Shown piece after piece: positions 8,000 to 17,394 of a DNA stretch of 32,823 nt (the first letter of the stretch is position 1; each line of letters starts with the position of its first letter). Both the position numbers and the translations under genes were made by a program. The DNA comes from Pseudomonadota bacterium (GTDB lineage Bacteria > Pseudomonadota > Alphaproteobacteria > JAKJEU01). Below the pieces are notes generated by a model, which ran no database searches, was not told where the DNA came from, and saw only the letters and a list, made by a program, of their open reading frames with translations. The stretch lies in contig JAKJEU010000001.1 in assembly GCA_022705265.1 (NCBI GenBank), positions 1 to 32,823 on the forward strand, given 5' to 3'.

Positions 8000-8185
8000 A
8001 ATATATTTATGATGTATATTTGTGTATAGACACACTGTAACAAATTTTAATAATTTGTCATAAATTGTATCTCATTGATTATTCTTATGTTTTTTAAATA
8101 CAACCAATCAAGCTTGGTAAAAATCGTATTTTAATGCCACTTTAATTACAAAAATAAGTAACATTGTAATTGGGGGTGATGTCAA

Positions 8186-8983
8186 ATGAGTATGCTGTAT
8201 AAAGAGCGATTCGAAAACCGTGTCGCCATTGAAAATAAAGCCTATTATAATGAAATCCAAAATGCACCTATTTTAGAAAAAGCTTTGCAAAATAATCAAA
8301 AGCAAAGAGACCTTATGATTATAAGCCATTTAAGACTTGTCGTTAAAATCGCAAGAGGTTTTAGAAATCATAACCTTTCTATTTCTGATTTGGTATCAGA
8401 AGGGGTAATAGGATTAATCGAAGCAGTTGACCGTTTTGACGAAAAAAAAGGATATAATCTTTCTTCTTATGCTACTTTGTGGATTAAATCTGCTATTAAT
8501 TCGGCTATTTTACGAAACAAATCCTTGGTTAAAATGGGGACAAATGCTTCGGAAAGAAAATTGTTTTATAATCTTCATAAAATGGTGGATTTAAGCGATG
8601 AAGAAGTTGCCATGAAACTTGAAGTATCAGAAAGTCATGTAAAAACCATGAGAATGAGACTTTCTGGCAACGATTGTTCTCTTAATTCCAAGATTGGTGA
8701 AGACATGGAATTTATCGAAAATCTTTCATGCCAATCGAAAAACCAAGAGGATACATTGCTCGAAAAGGGAGAAAAAGAAGAGCTTGCAAGCATAGTAAAA
8801 AAAGCTTTGTCATGCCTTAACGAAAGAGAAAAAGACATAATCATAAAAAGAAAACTTAATGAAAAAACAAAGTCTTTGGAAGAACTTGCAAACGAATATA
8901 ATATTTCAAGCGAAAGAATAAGGCAAATCGAGAAAAAAGCCCTTCTTAAACTTAAAATATATATCGAGAACTCTAAGAAATAA
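8186..8983 (+). CDS. rpoH: RNA polymerase sigma-32 (heat-shock sigma factor RpoH)
   Basis: This is a sigma-70 family protein. Region 2 is DLVSEGVIGLIEAVDRFD, an RpoH-box-like sequence is ERKLFYNLHK, and the region 4.2 HTH is LEELANEYNISSERIRQIEKKAL. A GGGGGTGA RBS lies 6 nt before the ATG. Confidence 0.85.
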   Translation: MSMLYKERFENRVAIENKAYYNEIQNAPILEKALQNNQKQRDLMIISHLRLVVKIARGFRNHNLSISDLVSEGVIGLIEAVDRFDEKKGYNLSSYATLWIKSAINSAILRNKSLVKMGTNASERKLFYNLHKMVDLSDEEVAMKLEVSESHVKTMRMRLSGNDCSLNSKIGEDMEFIENLSCQSKNQEDTLLEKGEKEELASIVKKALSCLNEREKDIIIKRKLNEKTKSLEELANEYNISSERIRQIEKKALLKLKIYIENSKK

Positions 8984-10907
8984 TTTTATAATATCCCATA
9001 CCGTAACTTATTGTTTTTAATTGGTTTGAAAAATCATATAATTTTGACTTTGGGAGCTTAGCAAAAACTTCTTGAAAATCGCGACAATCTTTTTTCTCAA
9101 CTAAATCAAGAATCTTACCTTCATAATCAAAAATAAGCTTTTGCAATGCTCCCAAAGAATCATTTAAAACCGTAATTTTCAAACCAAAACTTGCTTCCAA
9201 ATTCTTTGTGAACTTTTCAATAACTCCACTCATAGCCTTTCTTGCCGCTATTTTAAATATTTCTTCGTTGCTATCAGTTTCATTATATTCAGCCGAAACA
9301 ATTCTTACTTCTATACCGACTATGGCATGATTTAATATAATTTCAAACAAACCATCATTTAAAGCTTTTTTCACACCTTTTGGTAAGTCAGCTTCAATTG
9401 ATATTTTTACTTCTTCCGTATCTGACAACGGGTAAATTTCATAATCAAATTCGGCGACCTCAACATGACCAAAAGCATTTTTTTGGTTATGTTCCATTTT
9501 TGCCTTAACCACTTTTGACAAAGTTTTTTTCATAGGAAATACCGCAGGTAAAACCTCTAAATCAAGCCCTGACATCTTTTTTATCAAAGACACAAGACAA
9601 GACAAATGTTCCCTTCCTTGACCCCAAAGAAAATATTTATCACTTTCTTTGATATAATCAAATTTAGATGATATATCGCTTAACTTAATATTTTCCAAAG
9701 CTTTAAGCAATAAAGGCTCATCGGAAATATTATAACCAGAAAACATAATCGATTGCATAACAGGAAGCGGAGCAATAAAGCTTTCGTTGGTTATATCGCC
9801 ATTTTCGTCATATCCTGCACCAACTTTTAACCCAAGCTTTGAAACAATAGCAATAATATCGCCTTTTTCAACTTCATCAACTTTGCAAGTCAAACAACCA
9901 TTAACCGAATAAAATAAACCCAATTTTTTAATTTCTCTTAAACCGTCTTTTAAAACTCTGGCATAAGAAATAACACCTTTATCATTATCAAAAATGTTTT
10001 TAAACACCTTGAAACATGAATTTTTACTTGTTACTTCATATCGTGAATAAATGTTATCAACACCCGTTACATCGTGTCTTAACGCCTTTAAAAGCCTGAA
10101 TATTCCTTCGTCATTTTCGGCAATTCCAAAAAACACAGGAACAATTTCACCCTTATTCATGGCAAAAGATAAGGCATCATAAACTTTATCTTTGGTTGGA
10201 TTTTTATCTTCGAGCAACATTTCAAGCAAAGTATCATTATATTCGGCCAATGCTTCGACAAGCTCTTGTTTCGCATCTTCTTTGTTATTGCTTACAAAGT
10301 TTGGAACATTATCCAAGTGCAAACTTTTGTTGTTTTTATATTCGGCATTACCGTATTTATAAGCTCTGTCTTGGATTAAATCAACGAAGCCTTTCACCTC
10401 TCCATCATTGTCTTGGATAGGAATTTCTCTTAAAGCAAGCATTGCCTCGGAATTATATTGGAGCGCATTTAAAACATCTTTTATCGAAACTTTCAAAGTA
10501 TCGATTTTGTTAATAAAAATAAGCCTTGGTATTTTATGCTCTTCCAAAAACCTCATAACATGGTGAATATAACCACATTTTTCAGGATCAGGTTCGCAAA
10601 CAACAATTGCAATATCCGAAACCATCAAAGCATTATATGTTTCTTGAACAAATTCTTGATACCCAGGGCAATCAATAAAAGTCCAATTATCACCAAGAAA
10701 AGAAGTATGAGCAACCGTCGAATTTATCGTGACACTTTTTCTTAAACTATGTTCAAAACTGTGATGGTTGTCGGAAAAACGAGTAAGTTCAAACTCGCCT
10801 CCTTTTGATAAAATCGCACCCGTAGTATATAAAATACTTTCAAGTAAAGAGGTTTTTCCGCTTCCATAAGCACCAACAATAGCAGCAACACGATTATTCT
10901 TTGTCAT
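8973..10907 (-). CDS. EF-G-family translational GTPase paralog with divergent catalytic motifs
   Basis: The motifs are G1 GAYGSGKT, switch I remnant LRKSVTI, G3 DCPGYQEF (canonical DTPGHxDF) and G4 NKID. The C-terminal part aligns by eye to EF-G domains III-V (GREHLSCLVSLIKK..., SAEYNETDSNEEIFKIAARKA). The 3' end overlaps the rpoH 3' end by 11 nt. Confidence 0.8.
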   Translation of the reverse strand: MTKNNRVAAIVGAYGSGKTSLLESILYTTGAILSKGGEFELTRFSDNHHSFEHSLRKSVTINSTVAHTSFLGDNWTFIDCPGYQEFVQETYNALMVSDIAIVVCEPDPEKCGYIHHVMRFLEEHKIPRLIFINKIDTLKVSIKDVLNALQYNSEAMLALREIPIQDNDGEVKGFVDLIQDRAYKYGNAEYKNNKSLHLDNVPNFVSNNKEDAKQELVEALAEYNDTLLEMLLEDKNPTKDKVYDALSFAMNKGEIVPVFFGIAENDEGIFRLLKALRHDVTGVDNIYSRYEVTSKNSCFKVFKNIFDNDKGVISYARVLKDGLREIKKLGLFYSVNGCLTCKVDEVEKGDIIAIVSKLGLKVGAGYDENGDITNESFIAPLPVMQSIMFSGYNISDEPLLLKALENIKLSDISSKFDYIKESDKYFLWGQGREHLSCLVSLIKKMSGLDLEVLPAVFPMKKTLSKVVKAKMEHNQKNAFGHVEVAEFDYEIYPLSDTEEVKISIEADLPKGVKKALNDGLFEIILNHAIVGIEVRIVSAEYNETDSNEEIFKIAARKAMSGVIEKFTKNLEASFGLKITVLNDSLGALQKLIFDYEGKILDLVEKKDCRDFQEVFAKLPKSKLYDFSNQLKTISYGMGYYKIIS

Positions 10908-10965
10908 ACTTCTTCTCCTTGGAAATTAGCGTTATTTAGGTTTTTAATTAAAGAGAAAGTTTGTT

Positions 10966-12168
10966 TTAAGAAAGACTTTCACAAAATTCCAAAATTCTTT
11001 TTGATGCTTCTTTTAAAACATCCAAAGAACAAGCATAGGAAAGACGAACATAAGGCGAAAGACCAAAAGCAACCCCAGGAACAATCGCAACACCTTTTTC
11101 TTCGAGCAAGAATTCAGCAAAATCAGAATCGTTGTTAATTACTTTGCCCTCTTTTGTCTTTTTACCAATTAAACCTTCGATTAAAGGGTAAACATAAAAA
11201 GCACCTTCTGGGGTAAGACATTGTACACCCTTTGCTTTGTTAAGTTCAGCAACAATAAAATCTCTTCTTTCTTTAAAAGCCTTGTTTCTTTCTTGTAAGA
11301 AAGACATATCACCATTCAAACCAACCGCAGAAGCAGTTTGGCAAATTGAAGCAGCATGAGAAGTGCTTTGAGATTGAAGTTTATTTACCGCCTTAATCAA
11401 ATCAAGTGGGCCAGCCGCATAACCAATTCTCCACCCAGGCATAGCAAAAGCCTTTGACATACCATTGATGATAACGCCTCTGGATTTCAATTTTGGTTCA
11501 GTTTGGATAATGTTTGCAAATTCAAAATCGTCATAAACAATATGTTCGTAAATATCATCGGTCATAACCCAAACATGAGGGTGTTTTAATAAAACTTCTG
11601 CCAAAGCTTTTAATTCCGACTTAGTATAAGCAGCACCAGTAGGATTTGATGGAGAATTTAAAATCAACCATTTAGTTTTATCAGTAATTGCATTTTCCAA
11701 ATCTTTTGGGCTTAATTTAAAATTGTCTTTTGCATGACAATCGACCATTACGCATTTGCCTTCAAAAAGCTTAACCACATCAGGATAAGAAACCCAATAA
11801 GGAGCAGGAATAATAACTTCGTCATCTTTATCAATGGTTGCCATGAAAACATTAAAGATTGAATGTTTACCACCGCAATTAACCGTAATTTCATCTACGG
11901 AATATTCAAGTCCATTTTCTCTTAAAAGCTTATCTTTAATCGCTTTTCTTACCTCAACAGTACCAGGAGTTAAAGTATATCTGCTGTCATTATTGTCGAT
12001 TGCTTTCTTTGCTGCATCTTTGATGTAATCAGGCACAGTAAAATCAGGTTCACCAACACTTAATGAAATGATGTCTCTTCCCATTGCTTTAAGTTCTTTT
12101 GCTTTTGAAGATATCGCCAAAGTAGGAGATGGCTTAATAAACGAAATTCGTTCTGCAATTATTCCCAT
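10966..12168 (-). CDS. aatA: Aspartate aminotransferase (class I PLP-dependent aminotransferase)
   Basis: The N-terminus MGIIAERISFIKPSPTLAISSKAKELKAMGRDIISLSVGEPDF is typical of AatA. The PLP-lysine motif is SKAFAMPGWRIGY. The start is set at ATG 12168 (AAGGA RBS 7 nt upstream, 400 aa) rather than the ORF-track start at 12273. Confidence 0.88.
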   Translation of the reverse strand: MGIIAERISFIKPSPTLAISSKAKELKAMGRDIISLSVGEPDFTVPDYIKDAAKKAIDNNDSRYTLTPGTVEVRKAIKDKLLRENGLEYSVDEITVNCGGKHSIFNVFMATIDKDDEVIIPAPYWVSYPDVVKLFEGKCVMVDCHAKDNFKLSPKDLENAITDKTKWLILNSPSNPTGAAYTKSELKALAEVLLKHPHVWVMTDDIYEHIVYDDFEFANIIQTEPKLKSRGVIINGMSKAFAMPGWRIGYAAGPLDLIKAVNKLQSQSTSHAASICQTASAVGLNGDMSFLQERNKAFKERRDFIVAELNKAKGVQCLTPEGAFYVYPLIEGLIGKKTKEGKVINNDSDFAEFLLEEKGVAIVPGVAFGLSPYVRLSYACSLDVLKEASKRILEFCESLS

Positions 12169-12271
12169 TAAAAAATTCCTTATGTTTATAAAATTTGCGT
12201 TATTCTTAACTTTCGTGATATTAATAGCATAATATACCAAAAAACCCAAAAACAAAATTAAAAAAGAACTC

Positions 12272-14287
12272 ATGACAAGCGAAATATTTCCACTTTACAA
12301 CAAGACAAACCTTTCTGATAAGTTGGCTGATTTTAAAATGAATACCAGCTTTAACCCATCAGGCGACCAAGAACAAGCTATAACAAAATTGGTAAGTGGT
12401 ATAAACGAAAATAAAAGAAACCAAGTCTTGCTTGGCGTTACGGGAAGCGGTAAGACTTTCACCATGGCAAAGGTTATCGAAGCTTTAAAAAAGCCTGCGA
12501 TAATTATGGCTCATAACAAAACCTTAGCAGCTCAGCTTTACCAAGAGTTTAAAGAGTTTTTTCCAAATAACTCGGTAGAATATTTCGTATCATATTACGA
12601 TTATTTCCAACCAGAAGCCTATGTCCCAAGAACCGACACCTACATTGAAAAAGATTCAGCAATAAACGACGAAATCGACCGTATGAGACACTCTGCAACC
12701 CGCAACATTTTGGAAAGACGAGATGTAATTATCGTGGCTTCGGTTTCTTGTATCTATGGTCTTGGAAGTGTTGAATCTTATTCTTCCATGTCTTTGCCTT
12801 TGAAAAAAAACCAAGAAATTTCGATAAAAGAATTGGCTCAAAAACTTGTCGAGCTTCAATTCGAACGAAACGATATCGATTTTAAACGAGGAAGTTTCAG
12901 AATAAAAGGCGACAGTTTTGATATTTTCCCAGTCCATTACGAGGACAGAGCTTTGAAATTATCCTTTTTTGGTGATGAAATTGAATCTATTCATGAATTT
13001 GACCCTTTAACAGGGACAAAATATTTATCCGTCGAAGAAACCACAATTTACCCAGCCTCGCATTATGTAACCCCAAGACCTGCTTTATCCCAAGCAATTG
13101 AAAGCATAAAAGAAGAGCTAAAAGAAAGGCTTACATTTTTAAAAGAGCAAGGAAAACTTTTGGAAGCTCAACGATTGGAACAAAGGACAAAATTCGACCT
13201 TGAAATGTTAATTACTTCGGGAATGTGTAAGGGAATTGAAAATTATTCAAGATTTTTAACAGGAAGAAAACAAGGAGAACCACCTCCTACCTTATTTGAA
13301 TATTTGCCCGATGATGCGATATTATTCATTGATGAAAGCCATGTTTCCGTGCCTCAAATTGGGGGAATGTACAAGGGCGATTTTTCACGAAAAAGCACTT
13401 TGTCAGAATACGGTTTCCGTCTTCCAAGTTGCCTTGACAACCGCCCACTAAAATTTGAAGAATGGGATAGAATGAGACCAAAAACCGTGTTTGTTTCTGC
13501 CACCCCTGCTCCTTTTGAATTACGATTAACAAATGGGGAAGTTGTCGAACAAATAATAAGACCAACTGGACTTATCGACCCTGAATGTTTTATTCGTCCA
13601 ACCAAAAACCAAGTTCAAGATGTAATTGATGAATGTAAAAAAGTAATCAAAAATAATGAAAGAGTATTAATCACCACTTTAACCAAAAAAATGGCAGAAG
13701 ATTTAACCGAATTCATGCATGAACAAGGAGTTAAAGTCCGTTATATGCACTCGGATATCGACACTTTGGAAAGAATTGAAATCATTCGAGATTTAAGGCT
13801 TGGTGTTTTCGATGTTTTGGTCGGCATCAACCTTTTAAGAGAAGGTTTAGATATTCCTGAATGCTCTCTTGTCGCTATTTTGGACGCGGATAAAGAAGGC
13901 TTTTTAAGGTCCGAAATATCCCTTACCCAAACCATTGGAAGAGCAGCTCGGAATGTTAATGGTTATGTCATTTTATACGCTGATAAAATTACAAAATCCA
14001 TCGACAAAGCATTAAAAGAAACCAACCGACGCCGTGAAATTCAACAAAAATACAATGTTGAACATAATATCACCCCTACTTCGGTCAAGAAAAAGGTCGC
14101 GGATTTAATCAAGCTTAGCGACGAAAAAGGTAACAAAAATGGCAAAAACTCTTTAAGCGACAAGGAACTTAAACGAAAAATTGCCGAACTTACCAAACAA
14201 ATGAAAGCTTATGCTGAAAATCTTGAATTCGAAGAAGCAATGAAAATCCGCGATGAAATAAAAAGGCTAACTTCCAACAATCTTTGA
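12272..14287 (+). CDS. uvrB: Excinuclease ABC subunit B
   Basis: Recognised motifs are PSGDQEQAI, Walker [13 protein letters not shown], the beta-hairpin region [12 protein letters not shown], helicase motifs, and a C-terminal UVR domain ([19 protein letters not shown]). The start is uncertain: ATG 12272 has no clear RBS, and an alternative ATG lies at 12338. Confidence 0.95.
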   Translation: MTSEIFPLYNKTNLSDKLADFKMNTSFNPSGDQEQAITKLVSGINENKRNQVLLGVTGSGKTFTMAKVIEALKKPAIIMAHNKTLAAQLYQEFKEFFPNNSVEYFVSYYDYFQPEAYVPRTDTYIEKDSAINDEIDRMRHSATRNILERRDVIIVASVSCIYGLGSVESYSSMSLPLKKNQEISIKELAQKLVELQFERNDIDFKRGSFRIKGDSFDIFPVHYEDRALKLSFFGDEIESIHEFDPLTGTKYLSVEETTIYPASHYVTPRPALSQAIESIKEELKERLTFLKEQGKLLEAQRLEQRTKFDLEMLITSGMCKGIENYSRFLTGRKQGEPPPTLFEYLPDDAILFIDESHVSVPQIGGMYKGDFSRKSTLSEYGFRLPSCLDNRPLKFEEWDRMRPKTVFVSATPAPFELRLTNGEVVEQIIRPTGLIDPECFIRPTKNQVQDVIDECKKVIKNNERVLITTLTKKMAEDLTEFMHEQGVKVRYMHSDIDTLERIEIIRDLRLGVFDVLVGINLLREGLDIPECSLVAILDADKEGFLRSEISLTQTIGRAARNVNGYVILYADKITKSIDKALKETNRRREIQQKYNVEHNITPTSVKKKVADLIKLSDEKGNKNGKNSLSDKELKRKIAELTKQMKAYAENLEFEEAMKIRDEIKRLTSNNL

Positions 14288-14290
14288 TAA

Positions 14291-14662
14291 TTATTTTGGC
14301 AAGAAACCCTTTAAATACTTAGCTGTTTTTGCAATAAAAAAGCCAAGAGGCGAAACATATACGGGAACTAAAAAAGCACCTTTGTAAGCCAAAATCATCA
14401 TCAAAAAACCAAAATAAATAAAAGCAAAAATAGATATACGATATGCTCTTATCACATGTTTTTTTGTTGGCTTATCTTTTATAAACAAATAATTATAAAC
14501 CCCCATCAAAATCAATGGAGCAAATCCAAGTAAATTATAAAAATATCCCTGTGGAACTCCAAAAACATTAAACATAGGTAATCTTACTCTATCCCCTAAA
14601 ATATAAGGTAATGACACCCAAAGCAAAACCCAAAAAAAGTTCTTTGTTTTAAAATTCTCCAT
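14291..14662 (-). CDS. Hypothetical small membrane protein (3-4 TM segments)
   Basis: This 123-aa hydrophobic ORF matches no family I recognise. Its stop codon lies 3 nt from the uvrB stop codon (convergent). Confidence 0.5.
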   Translation of the reverse strand: MENFKTKNFFWVLLWVSLPYILGDRVRLPMFNVFGVPQGYFYNLLGFAPLILMGVYNYLFIKDKPTKKHVIRAYRISIFAFIYFGFLMMILAYKGAFLVPVYVSPLGFFIAKTAKYLKGFLPK

Positions 14663-14670
14663 ATAACCTC

Positions 14671-14700
14671 TTGACTTTAATAAAAATAATTAAGTATATA
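14671..14700 (+). promoter_or_regulatory. Candidate promoter for the DUF3126 gene (TTGACT-18 nt-TATATA)
   Basis: TTGACT lies at 14671-14676 and TATATA at 14695-14700, about 40 nt upstream of ATG 14742. Specificity is low in AT-rich DNA. Confidence 0.3.
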
Positions 14701-14741
14701 GAAAAATACTACATTAATAAAAATTTTAAAAGAGAGATATT

Positions 14742-14951
14742 ATGAAAGAATCAGAAATTGTAAATATTCAAGCCTATTTAAGGTCAAAATTTGGAACTGA
14801 ACGCATTTCAATCAAAAAAGGTGATGGAAAAGACGCTCCGGTTGAAGTTTATATAAACAAGGAATTCGTCGGACCAATTTACAGAAATGAAGATGAGGGT
14901 GAAGTTTCTTATGATTTCGTAATGTCTATTTTAAAAGAAGATTTGGAATAA
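14742..14951 (+). CDS. DUF3126-family small protein (alphaproteobacterial)
   Basis: In this 69-aa product, IQAYLRSKFG...VEVYINKEFVGPIYRNEDEGEVSYDFVMSILKEDL matches the DUF3126 pattern as I recall it (VQAYLRR.F......VEVYIG.EFIG.LYRDDEDGE.SY.F.M.ILE.DL). Confidence 0.7.
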   Translation: MKESEIVNIQAYLRSKFGTERISIKKGDGKDAPVEVYINKEFVGPIYRNEDEGEVSYDFVMSILKEDLE

Positions 14952-14963
14952 TCCTTATCAAAT

Positions 14964-14998
14964 AAAAACCCCGTAACATTGTTAATTACGGGGTTTTT
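14964..14998. terminator. Bidirectional rho-independent terminator between the DUF3126 gene and the kef-type gene
   Basis: CCCCGTAA (14969-14976) pairs with TTACGGGG (14986-14993) around a 9-nt loop. An A5 run lies on the left and a T5 run on the right. It sits between the two convergent stop codons (14951 and 15000). Confidence 0.75.
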
Positions 14999-14999
14999 A

Positions 15000-16694
15000 T
15001 TATTCTTTACTTGATGATAAGCAATAATTATTTGACCTTAAATTGAAAACCATCTCGGATATTTCGGTTTCTCTTATTCCGTTTATCCTTAAAATTTTGC
15101 TTACAAGCTCTAAACAACCTTCTTCAAGCTTTGGCACAACATTCAAAGCCCCAGAAGCAATATAAACCGGCGATATCGCATTATCGGTAGCCAACACATA
15201 TACTGGGATATCAGAAAAATAAAATTTCAAGGTTGCAAGAACTCGGTTCGTTGAAGCAGAATCAGCAATAGCAACAATAATACATTTTGCATCCATTGCT
15301 CCTCCTGCTCTTAAAATCTTTGGCCTTGTAGCATTCCCATAAAGAATATTAATATCGTCTTTATGTGCTTCTGAAATCTTATTTATGTCTGAATCTATGG
15401 CGCAAACATTTACTCCCTTTGATTTTAAAATTCTTGATATAAATTGACCAGAACGGCCATATCCAACAACCAAAATATGCTCTTTATATTCCGATGAAGT
15501 TTCCGTCATCAATACTTTTGAAGGTGCTTTATCACTTTCATCTTTACTTTGCAAAATCCTTCTTGTAACCGCAAAAACAATCGGTGTAAAAGCCATGCTC
15601 ATAGAAATTATTGCTTGCAATTTGTCTTGGATACTAACCTCTATAATCCCATTTTTTTGAGCAATTAAAAACACTAAAAAACCAAATTCACTGGATTGGC
15701 TCATCGCTGCTGCAAGCATAAAAGACCCTGAATTATTTATTTTAAATCTTTTGCCAATTAAATAAAGAATTACCCCCTTTATCACCATCAGCAACAAAGT
15801 AAACAACAAGATAATTCCAAAATTATCAATTACATAAGGAATTTTAATCGTCATTCCAACATAAAGAAAGAATATTCCAAGCAAAAGACCGCTGTAAGGA
15901 TTTATATCCGCTTCAATTTGGTGAACATATTCGGTTTCCGCCAAAAGCATTCCTGCAATAAAAGCGCCTAATTCCAATGAAAGTTCAATATGTCCCGTCA
16001 ACATTGCCATTCCAATAACAATCAACAACACCAAAGCACTGAACGCTTCGACGATTTTCGTATTTGCAACAATTTTGAAAATAGGCTTTATAACCAAACT
16101 TCCGACTATCCAAATTAATACAATCGCAACTCCTGCTTTTAAAAGAGATAATAAAATTTCAAGCCACAAACTGTCATTATTTGAGGCAAGCTTTGGAATC
16201 AAAACCATCAAAGGAATGACCGCCAAATCTTGGAATAATAAAGTACCAACCGTAGCACGACCATAAGTCGTTGAAAGTTCGCCCCTATCTTGAACCATTC
16301 TTAAAGCAACCGCAGTAGAAGACATAGCCAAGCCATATCCAATAACAACGGACATAACCGCATTTTTTGTAAGCATATAGCAAACAAAAGAAAGAGCAAT
16401 AGTAGTTAAGCAAACCTGTAACGAACCAACCCCTAAAAGATATTTTCTCATCGTTTTCAACCGCTTAAATGAAATCTCAAGCCCAATCGTGAAAAGGAGG
16501 AATATAAGTCCGATTTCCCCAATAACTTCGGCAGTTTCAAGAGTTTTTACAAGTTTTAAGTCATAAGGGCCAATAACCAACCCAGCCCCGATAAAAGCAA
16601 GTAAAGGATTGATTTTAAGGTATTGGAATATCGGTATAAATACGATAACCGCACTTAAAAAAATGATAAAATCAACAATATGTCCACTATGCAT
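15000..16694 (-). CDS. Monovalent cation:proton antiporter-2 (CPA2) family K+ efflux protein, KefB/KefC/YbaL-like, with a C-terminal TrkA-N (RCK) domain
   Basis: The 564-aa product has about 12 TM segments, including LFQDLAVIPLMVL. A Rossmann-type ILVVGYGRSGQFISRILKSKGVNVCAIDSD follows. Confidence 0.85.
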   Translation of the reverse strand: MHSGHIVDFIIFLSAVIVFIPIFQYLKINPLLAFIGAGLVIGPYDLKLVKTLETAEVIGEIGLIFLLFTIGLEISFKRLKTMRKYLLGVGSLQVCLTTIALSFVCYMLTKNAVMSVVIGYGLAMSSTAVALRMVQDRGELSTTYGRATVGTLLFQDLAVIPLMVLIPKLASNNDSLWLEILLSLLKAGVAIVLIWIVGSLVIKPIFKIVANTKIVEAFSALVLLIVIGMAMLTGHIELSLELGAFIAGMLLAETEYVHQIEADINPYSGLLLGIFFLYVGMTIKIPYVIDNFGIILLFTLLLMVIKGVILYLIGKRFKINNSGSFMLAAAMSQSSEFGFLVFLIAQKNGIIEVSIQDKLQAIISMSMAFTPIVFAVTRRILQSKDESDKAPSKVLMTETSSEYKEHILVVGYGRSGQFISRILKSKGVNVCAIDSDINKISEAHKDDINILYGNATRPKILRAGGAMDAKCIIVAIADSASTNRVLATLKFYFSDIPVYVLATDNAISPVYIASGALNVVPKLEEGCLELVSKILRINGIRETEISEMVFNLRSNNYCLSSSKE

Positions 16695-16796
16695 AAAATA
16701 AATCCTTGAAAAAACTATGATATAAGGTTAATTTAATAACATATTATATGAAATTAGTTTATTTATAAAAGTAAATTTTGAAAATAAGGATATTCT

Positions 16797-17075
16797 TTGA
16801 CTAGATCTGATATTGTAATGAAACTTTTGGAACTTAATCCTCATCTTTCTATGAAGGATGCTGAGGTTGTTGTTGAAACTGTTTTTGACAAGATAAGTGA
16901 AACTTTAATCGAAGGTGGACGCGTTGAAATCCGTGGCCTTGGCGTGTTTGAAATAAGACAGCGGGCTTCAAGAAAATTATTCAACCCTCTTACCCAAAAG
17001 ATTGATATAATCAAAGGCAAAAAAGTCCCGTTTTTCAAAATGGCAAAAAAGCTTAAAGAGGAAATAAATGATTAA
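16797..17075 (+). CDS. ihfB: Integration host factor subunit beta
   Basis: The sequence is MTRSDIVMKLLELNPHLSMKDAEVVVETVFDKISETLIEGGRVEIRGLGVFEIRQRASRKLFNPLT (HU/IHF fold). It uses a TTG start with an AAGGA RBS upstream. Confidence 0.85.
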   Translation: MTRSDIVMKLLELNPHLSMKDAEVVVETVFDKISETLIEGGRVEIRGLGVFEIRQRASRKLFNPLTQKIDIIKGKKVPFFKMAKKLKEEIND

Positions 17076-17376
17076 GTTTTTAAAGTTTGCTTTTAATATC
17101 ATGTTTATTTCTTTTCTTGGAATTCTTGCATTTTCGAATCGAGAAACCATTACTTTGCACCTTTATCCATTAGAATACGAGATTATAATCCCTTGTTATC
17201 TGTTGATAATTGCAATTTTTATTGTTTCTGTGTTAATATGTTTTATAATGTCTTGTTTTTCTAAATCTTTATTAAGGAAAGAAATAAAAGAAATGAATAA
17301 ATTAGTTTCAATTCTTAAAGAAGAGAATTCCTTATACAAGGAAAGATTGGAAAAATTTAAACAAGAACAACTGTAA
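17068..17376 (+). CDS. lapA: LapA-domain (DUF1049-like) inner-membrane protein
   Basis: The 102-aa product has two N-terminal TM segments and a charged coiled-coil tail. It overlaps the ihfB stop by 8 nt, and ihfB-lapA adjacency is common in Proteobacteria. This is a family call by architecture and synteny only. Confidence 0.55.
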   Translation: MIKFLKFAFNIMFISFLGILAFSNRETITLHLYPLEYEIIIPCYLLIIAIFIVSVLICFIMSCFSKSLLRKEIKEMNKLVSILKEENSLYKERLEKFKQEQL

Positions 17377-17394
17377 TTTTTTTAAGGTATATTC

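Noticed and set aside
8040-8058. An inverted repeat, ACAAATT-TTAAT-AATTTGT, upstream of rpoH as a possible operator.
   Set aside because: It is a pure A/T 7-mer palindrome in AT-rich spacer with no second copy or positional logic relative to the candidate promoter, so it is likely chance.
12169-12273. A 35-aa hydrophobic N-terminal extension of the aminotransferase ORF ([21 protein letters not shown]...), which would look like a signal or TM anchor and would overlap the uvrB start.
   Set aside because: The conserved AatA N-terminus begins at MGIIAERISFIKPSPTL, with an AAGGA RBS 7 nt upstream of ATG 12168, giving the normal 400 aa. The extension is just the open frame continuing through the AT-rich divergent spacer.
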